Shown here piece by piece: positions 1 to 64,000 of a stretch of 64,000 nucleotides of DNA (position 1 is the stretch's first letter; each line of letters begins with the position of its first letter). Source of the DNA: the human T2T-CHM13v2.0 reference genome, Homo sapiens. The stretch lies in NCBI RefSeq assembly GCF_009914755.1, contig NC_060935.1; one strand, written 5' to 3'. A program made the translations under genes and the position numbers. The notes under the pieces are model-generated. The model was not told the DNA's origin and ran no database searches. It saw only the letters and a list, made by a program, of their open reading frames with translations.

Positions 1-385
1 ATCAGAGGTCCAGAGGCTAAGAGCTATAAGCAGGAACTGAGTCTGAGATGAGGGGTAACGGCCCCCAACTCATTGGGTGCCCCGCTTTGAAGCACATCCC
101 AGACTGGGATCTTGGCCAAAAAGCAGCCTCTGGCCACCCCAAGTTGGTCCATCTCTTTGGCACCACTGAATATCCTGACTCTCTTCACTGTGCCACCCCT
201 CCCTGGTATCCCAGCAACCTCGGGCAGTTTAGAGGAGGCAGAGGGGAAGTGGTTGCCATAGCAGTAGAGGCGGTGAAAGGTCACCCTTGCCTTAGCCTAG
301 GCGGCCCTGCAGCAGGCTGCAGCTGGAATTGAGCCGGGCTGGGGTGGGAACCTACAAAGCTCTTTTCTCTCCCACTCTGCCCAGA

Positions 386-8424
<8,039 letters not shown>

Positions 8425-11400
8425 GCTCCCTGGGGCCCCCTGCTGCTGTGCCCACCTGCCCACCCAGGTCCCCACCTCCTGCAGCCCAGAGGGAGCTCTG
8501 CATGTGGGACACTCCCTGCTGGCACAGCCACACCAGATGGACATGTTGGATGGGCTGTGCCCTTCCCCCCAACTGTGGCCCCCCAAGGAGGTCCCCAAGA
8601 TCTCCACCCCAGTCATGCTGATGGGGCCTTCAGCACCAGCTCTGTCCTGGGTCGATGGAGGAAAGCCCAGCCCCATGGCCTTGCCCTTCCTGGGGCATCC
8701 CACATCGTGCCGCCGACACTGTGTGCCCCTGGGGGAGTGAAGGGGCCAGGGGCCTTTGACCCCCAGCTTAGGCTGGCTATGCCCTGAGCCTGCCAACCCA
8801 GTTTCAGACACTCATCCTTCATCCTTCCTGCTGCCGCCCTGGGTTCCTCTATAAACCTCGCTGCTCAGCTGCCCCCACAAGTCCCACATGCCCCGCATGC
8901 GTGCAATGCCTCCAGCCCCCAAGTGAGTGGTGGGTGGGTGGCAGGCTGGGCCTAGCACTTGCTGATAGCCACTATGGGCTCGACTCTGTGCTAAGTGGTA
9001 TCTGGGGACACAGAGGCAATCAGACCTGGTTCCCCCCCTGGTGGAGTTCACAGTCTAGTGGAGGACAGACTGTTAACAAATGGCAACACGGCTTCATGCG
9101 TGCCAGGATCAGAGTACAAATCAGGCTGTGGCAGGCCTCACTGGTAATGGAAAAGTGAGGGAGGCTTCACGGAGGAGGTGTCATAGGAGCTCAGCCTCAA
9201 CGGCTGCTCGGAACCCTCCGAGTCCACAAGATGGGAAGCAAGTCCACAAGATGGGAAGCGTGCTCTATACAGAAGGGAGGGCCTGTGCACAGGCTCAGGT
9301 GTCAGTAAGCCAGAAATCCAGGGACAGAGTCAGGATGGCTGGAGCATGGACTGCGGGGGGAACAGAGAAGGGGGTGGAGCAAAAGGTTGGGACCATGTGA
9401 CCAGGGAAGATGCTGGATGGAGGATTCTGAACCTCATTTGTGGACGGTCAGGAGTCAACAAAGGGAGGAGAGAGGACTCACTGGTCAAGAGTGTCGGCTG
9501 TGACACAAGGGCCATCATCCCTGAATGCCCACCATGTGCCCCGCACTGTGCTGATGATGATAATAATAACTACGTCCATTGAGCACTCTCCAGACACCGG
9601 GCTCTGCTTCTTGGAGGTTTTGTTATTTAATCCTCATAGTAACCCAAGAAGGGAGGTGTTGCCATTTTTGTCTCTGAGGAGATGAGGGCAGATGCACCAA
9701 GTCACACAACTAGAAAGTGGCCAAGCCAGGATTTGAATCCACAGCTGCTCCTCTCCATCACAGTGTTGCTTTCCTTCAACAGAGGTGGGGGTGAACCAAG
9801 CAGGGTTTTGGATACTAGATTGGTGGACACCCACCTGCTTCGTGCCCAGCCCTGCGCAGGGCCCCTGCAGTGGGCAAGGCCGGGCCTCTTGCAGCCCATG
9901 GTCTGCAGAGGGACCTACCCGTGCTTGTGTTGGAAGCTGGCCCCCACACCTGTGCTGGCCACCTGTACCCCAGGCCAGGATGCAGTGGGCTATTAGCCAG
10001 GCTGGAAGTGTTCAGAGGAGTGAGAACCAGGGGCTCTAGAAGGCCCAGGGAGGACCTGGAGCCTGAGCCAAGTCTTGAATGGCAGAGCATCTCCAGAGGC
10101 AGAGAGGAGTTGGGAGGGCAGCCCAGGTGAGGGGAACAGCATGGTGTGGCAGGGAACATGCCTGGTGTGGAGGGGGGCAGCAAAAAGGAATGGGGGGTAG
10201 GGAAGGTTGCTGGGGCCTGGTGGGCCTTGATTGCCATGGAAGCCAAGCCTGAACTGGATTCCTATTCATCCTGGCCACAGGTGGGCGTGTTGCTGGGGTT
10301 GCCCCAGACCATTCCTGCAGGGAGCGAGCCAGGAAGACAGGCAGACGGCTGTTCTGGAGATGAAGAGAAGAAGGCTCTGAGTATAGGCCTGACCTGGGCA
10401 TCGTCCCCAATAGATGACAGAGCCTAGGGAAGTACAGATTCCAAGGGGAGGGATGGACCTGACCAAGGCCACACAGCTGGTTGCGGCCAGGGAGATCAGA
10501 CCTGGGTTATTGAGAAGACAGAGGGCACCCGAATGTGATGAGAGAAGGAGGAGGGTGTGATCAGATTCTTGCTTCCAGAGCATGGCACTGCTGCAGTGGG
10601 GGTGAAGGGGAGGGTGGGGATGCTGCAGGAGGTGTGTGAGCATTCCAACTTCTCTCCCCTCAACATACACACAACACACAAAGCACTCAAAATCCAACTC
10701 TTCCAAGTTCTCTCTTCTGACCCTGTTGGGAACCAGGCAGGGGAACATTCTGATCCCATTTCCAGTGGGGAACCTCAGACCCTAGGAGGAAAGACCAGCA
10801 AAGGGCACCACAGTAGATGCTGGGGAGGATTCAGAGGTATTGGTGGAGGAGGTCAGAGCCCTGGTCTTGTCCCAGCTCTGCCTTTGCCAGCTGTTAGAGC
10901 CTCAGTTTCCTCAGTGCTAAAGGGGATAACAGTCACTACCTCGCCAGGTGGTTGTGAATATACAGAGAGCACCTGTAACACAGTTGATTCGTAACTGTTG
11001 CTCCTCACCGACCCCTTTTGCATTCCCATGGGGAAGAGCCAAGGCTGGGGAGTTATGACTCCAGTGATAGACTGCTCCATGTGAGTGACTGTGTGTGTGT
11101 ATCTCTATGTTGGGGCCAGGGATATCTGAACTGTGTGGTGTTATAGGAGTCGGCGAACCTCTTAGCCTCAGTTTCCCTATCTGTACAATGGGTAAAGTGA
11201 TCATACCTCAGGATTTTTGCAAGAATTAAATGAGGTCCTCCATGCCAAACTGCTAGCAAGGGACCTCAGTATATGCTCATCTTATCTGTGATCATAAAAA
11301 TGTGATCACGTAGCTGGTTGGGGGGTCCTGAGAGCACTGGGGTCTTTTCCTTGCCTGAGCTGCCCCCTGCTGGCAGTGGGCAGCACTACCTCCCTTACCT

Positions 11401-11879
11401 GTGCACATTTCAACTTCACCTGTCAGCCAACTTTATACCCATTTTAAAGACAATGAAAACGGAGGCACAGGAAAGAAGAGGGGTGACTTTCCTAAGGACA
11501 CCGACCAACTTGTTGAACTCCCCCATATAACAAGTAATCATCAAAGCTAACAGCTTGTAACACTGTTGTGTCAAGCAGGGCCTTGGGCACCTTTGTGGAT
11601 GAGAAACTGGTGTCTATGGTAAGCAGAGGCTGTCTGGCCTAGACACGGGCGTAGCAAGGAGACCGTGCGGGATTTCAGTACCCAAACGCCCCTCACCCTG
11701 CGCAACTATAGGGAGCGGCACTGCAGTCAACACATCACAACTTACAATATCCCTTGGATTGGATTCAATTATTAGCCTGGTTTTCCGGTTCATAAAGCCA
11801 AGACTCCCAGACAACCTCACTCCACCCCCCAGTCTGACCCTGGGCCCTCACCACTACTCCCCATTTGGCCTAGGCCCTT

Positions 11880-13060
11880 CCGCATGCCCCACCCAGACCG
11901 TGGTCCCGTGAGTCCGTCCAGACCTGTAAAAGTGGACCGCGGGCCCGCCTCTGCTCTGGACTCCCTTTCGGGGCCGCAGGAGGCTTTCTCATCCATCAGG
12001 CATCTGGCAAGCACCAGGAAACTACCAGCCTGTTTGTGCTAAGGAAACTGAGGCTCGGGAATGTTTAGCGGCTCCTTCCAGGCCCGTGGCGGGTGGGTGG
12101 TGGTACAGTGAAGCAGTCGAGGCGTTTCTCCGCGCCCCTACACGGGTGGGACCACCTCAGCCCTGGCCCGATCCCACTCAACCGTAGCCCCGATTCCCGG
12201 CACCGAGAGCTTTGCAACTTCCAAGTCTCCACCCCCAGGTCCCGAGTCCCGAGAGGAAGGTGGAGCCACATTACTCCTATTGTGTAGGTTCCCACCTGCA
12301 AGAGTGCTGTCGGGTCCTCTGAGGTGAAACCCCAAAGGAAAGCGGGATCGGGACTGGGGGAGGGGGATTCCCAAGTCCCTGACACCCGCGCCGTCTCGGC
12401 CTGGGCTTGGTGACCTCGTCAGTCCCGTCTGCCGGGACTAGGCCGCGGCCAGGCCGGGCACAGCGGTACCCGGTCCGGCGCGTGTGCGGCCTGCTGACAA
12501 AAGGCCGAGCCCGCAGGGCCAATCCGCGCGCCACCCCGTAGCGCCTGGGGGCGGGAGCGGGCGAGCCGAGAAGCTCGTCTTGGCGCGTCTATTGGCTGGT
12601 ACTGACGCCCATCCGGACCCCGAGGCCAGGCAGTTGGCCAAGGGGGGCGGGGTTCGCAGAGCCCCAATGAATGGGGGAGCCGGAAGCAGGAAGTGAGTTT
12701 GCGAACGGAGCAGCTGCTGCAGGTGAGGCGCGGCGCCTGGGCTTTTGGGGTCAAAGCGTGTCATCCCGGGGGACCAAGGCGAATCCATACTGAGCGCAAA
12801 ATCGTTCCCTTTCTGCCCACTCTCCAGTACCCCCTCCAAATTCACCCCGCCCTCGAGGCCAAGGAGTGCTCCGGGGAGCAAAGAGTTAACAGCCCTTTCC
12901 GAACCTCGAGGCTGTGCTATTGGGGCGGGGCTTCTGGAGGCCGGGGCAGGGCGAGGAGGCTGGACACTCTGTCCCAGCCGGGACGGGGCGTGGCGGGGAG
13001 AATGCCCCGGGTTGGGGAATCCCCGGGTTCCAACGGGGCTGTCAGACCTTCAGTAAATTG
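11880..13060. promoter_or_regulatory. DPP3: CpG island / TATA-less promoter of DPP3
   Basis: CpG-dense; CCAAT at 12519-12523 and 12664-12668, ATTGG at 12591-12595; GC boxes near 12547 and 12643; tandem ETS motif CCGGAAGCAGGAAGTG at 12680-12695. Confidence 0.85.
12670..12722 (+). other. DPP3: DPP3 exon 1 (5' UTR; start approximate)
   Basis: CAG|gtgagg donor at 12723 inside the CpG island; second donor-like GAA|gtgagt at 12693. Confidence 0.7.
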
Positions 13061-13421
13061 TTGCCCTTTCCAAGCCTCAGTTTCCCTATCTGTAAAATGG
13101 GCTTTCTTCTGGTTGTGAACTTCTGTGGCTTCCCTGGTGGAGCACAGGGAGCGAGCAGGAGAATGGAGGGCCAAGGAAAAGGCATTTAGAGGGATGAGAA
13201 TGGGACAGTTTCAAGCCAAATCATTTATTGCTGTGGATACTTTCCGTCCAGGGCGACTTCATCTGATTAGCGCACCCACCTGGTAATATTGGGGTTATTC
13301 TCTCTTTTATAGAGGAGGAAACGGAGGTACAGAAAAGTGAAGCAATGGACTTGACTTTTAGGAGTCTGGGGCCGAGTCCTGGCTAAAGGCTGAGCCTTCC
13401 AGCTGGCGGCCTGGCACTTTA

Positions 13422-13866
<445 letters not shown>

Positions 13867-13899
13867 TCAGTTTCCCCATCTGTAATACTAGGTAGTTAG

Positions 13900-14204
<305 letters not shown>

Positions 14205-14457
14205 TTAGAGTCAATCTTTAAGGTTTAGGGACTACAGACCAAATATGGTCCACCAGTGTATTTTGTGACCCCTTGGGTGAGTCATCTCACCTTCTCTAAG
14301 CCTCAGTTAGCATATCTGGTGAATGGGTACAATAGTATTCCCTTCCACATGGACTTTTGGGAGGATTAAATGAGATCATAAGAGTTCAGAGCCAGGTATG
14401 CAATTGGTATGGGGTAAACAACAGCTGTGATGACAGTGATGGTTCTCAGCAGGGCCC

Positions 14458-41490
<27,033 letters not shown>

Positions 41491-41872
41491 GGAAGATGTG
41501 TGGCCTTGCCCCCAATTCCATCAGACCAAGGCTGCAAGTGGCCCTCCATTCGTGTGTGTATTTAGGGGCTGGGGAGGGGGAGGGGCAGGAGCTTGGACCT
41601 TGGTACTACCTCAGCTGAGGGTGGTGACACAACCCCTTCCATTTGTCAGCACTTTCCAGCCTGCCAATTGCTTCCCCTCTGTGATCTCATTTCATCTGCA
41701 CTGCCATACGTGGAGTGAGCAAGACAGGGCTTACCATCCTGTCTACCAGATGAGGAAATGGCAGTTCTGAGAAGTCACTGGTCTAGATCCCGCAGGTGGC
41801 ACGTGACAGCTAGGGTTCAAAACGTTCTCACCAAATCCAATGCTCCTCACATATTAATTTTATAACCAGACA

Positions 41873-41878
41873 AATAAA
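41873..41878 (+). terminator. DPP3: DPP3 polyadenylation signal AATAAA
   Basis: Canonical hexamer about 380 nt after the stop, followed by GU-rich tttgcggcgtgtgtgg. Confidence 0.85.
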
Positions 41879-42127
41879 TATTAGAGACAACCACCATCTT
41901 TGCGGCGTGTGTGGCTCCTCCTTGCCTTTGCCTGTCTTCTCATTTACTCCCAGCAGAGTGATGGGCTCAAGGCCTGGGGAGGGGGCAAGGAGGGCCATTT
42001 TTAGCCTCCCTTCCACAACAGGATGTTGACATTATCTCTAGATGAGGATACGCAGTCACAGAGCTGAACATAGCACAATTTTTGCAGCTCTCCTTTGTGG
42101 CATTCCTTGCATTTTTAAATGTTCTGG

Positions 42128-42428
42128 GGCCGGGCACGGTGGCTCATGCCTGTAATCCCAGCACTTTGGGAGGCCGAGGCGAGGGGATCACGAGGTCAGG
42201 AGTTCGAGACCGGCTTGGCCAATATGGTGAAACCTCGTCTCTACTAAAAAATAAAGTAGCTGGGCATGGTGGCATGCGCCTGTAATCCCAGCTACTCGGG
42301 AGGCTGAGGCAGGAGAATCCCTGGAACCCGGGAGGCGGAGGTTGCGGTGAGCCGAAATCGCGCTACTGCGCTCCAGCGCAAGCGACAGAGCGAGACTACG
42401 TCTCAAAAAAAAAAAAAAAAAAAAAAAG
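42128..42428 (+). mobile_element. CpG-rich Alu (S-type) between DPP3 and BBS1
   Basis: Forward Alu, TSD gttctggg. Confidence 0.92.
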
Positions 42429-42898
42429 TTCTGGGAACCTACAAACTCAACTTCAGTCAGAATCCTCTGCATTTGTCCCATAACCCTCGTGTTTTGTTTC
42501 TCTGGGCCTGGACCTCTACAGTAACGCAGCAAGGCAGGACATGGTCCTTTTCAACCGGGTAACCATGAAGATGGAGACAGGAGGAGTTCTTTTTGCTGCT
42601 CATAAATGCTAGAAGGGGCTTCTTTCCAACCCTGGAAGCCAGAGGGCTCTGTGGCTGACCCAGAGATTGTAGGACCCAGACGCCTGGAAAGGTGGCTCTG
42701 ACTGGGAAGGAGCAAAGATAAATATCTTTGAGGAATTTGAGACAGATTCCTCAACCCAGGAAGGTGGCCAGCGCGTCCTCCTGAGCCTGGGTGGGAAAGC
42801 TTGGCGCCCGGAACCTTTGTACTCGCGCTTCCCTGTGCTCGGGCACTATTGGGCGTTACGCGAGGGCGGGGCCGGTTGCCAGGACGACGCCTGCGAAG

Positions 42899-63998
<21,100 letters not shown>

Positions 63999-64000
63999 GT

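Noticed and set aside
41797-41807. E-box/CLEAR-like GCACGTGAC in the DPP3 3' UTR, 1.1 kb upstream of BBS1
   Set aside because: Single short motif with no supporting cluster

Overview
Mammalian genomic DNA, recognisably human from the Alu content and protein identity; by recall this is the 11q13.2 PELI3-DPP3-BBS1 locus. Three spliced genes lie in tandem on the + strand. PELI3 has a complete CDS (7 coding exons, 1410 nt, 469 aa; 445 aa without the 72-nt cassette exon). DPP3 is complete (non-coding exon 1 plus 17 coding exons, 2214 nt, 737 aa, with HELLGH, EECRAE and ETGE motifs). BBS1 exons 1-16 give 1695 nt of CDS and the last exon lies beyond the window. All exons were assembled by hand with consistent phases. 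DPP3 and BBS1 have CpG-island promoters. Introns hold over 55 Alu copies or fragments plus MIR, L2, old L1, MaLR LTR and MER44/Tigger pieces. There is no prokaryote-type system. The most interesting hidden layers are in splicing: (1) a spliced minus-strand transcript with a short in-frame ORF nested inside BBS1, probably an alternative 3' end of ZDHHC24; (2) a DPP3-to-BBS1 read-through route giving a predicted 630-aa N-terminally substituted BBS1; (3) a MIR-derived coding exon and a GC-AG intron in PELI3; (4) frame-preserving 5' splice options and a stop-free 96-nt intron beside the KEAP1-binding ETGE loop in DPP3. Some of these probably already exist in annotation; recalled facts are flagged and were not checked. 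Repeat boundaries are approximate.
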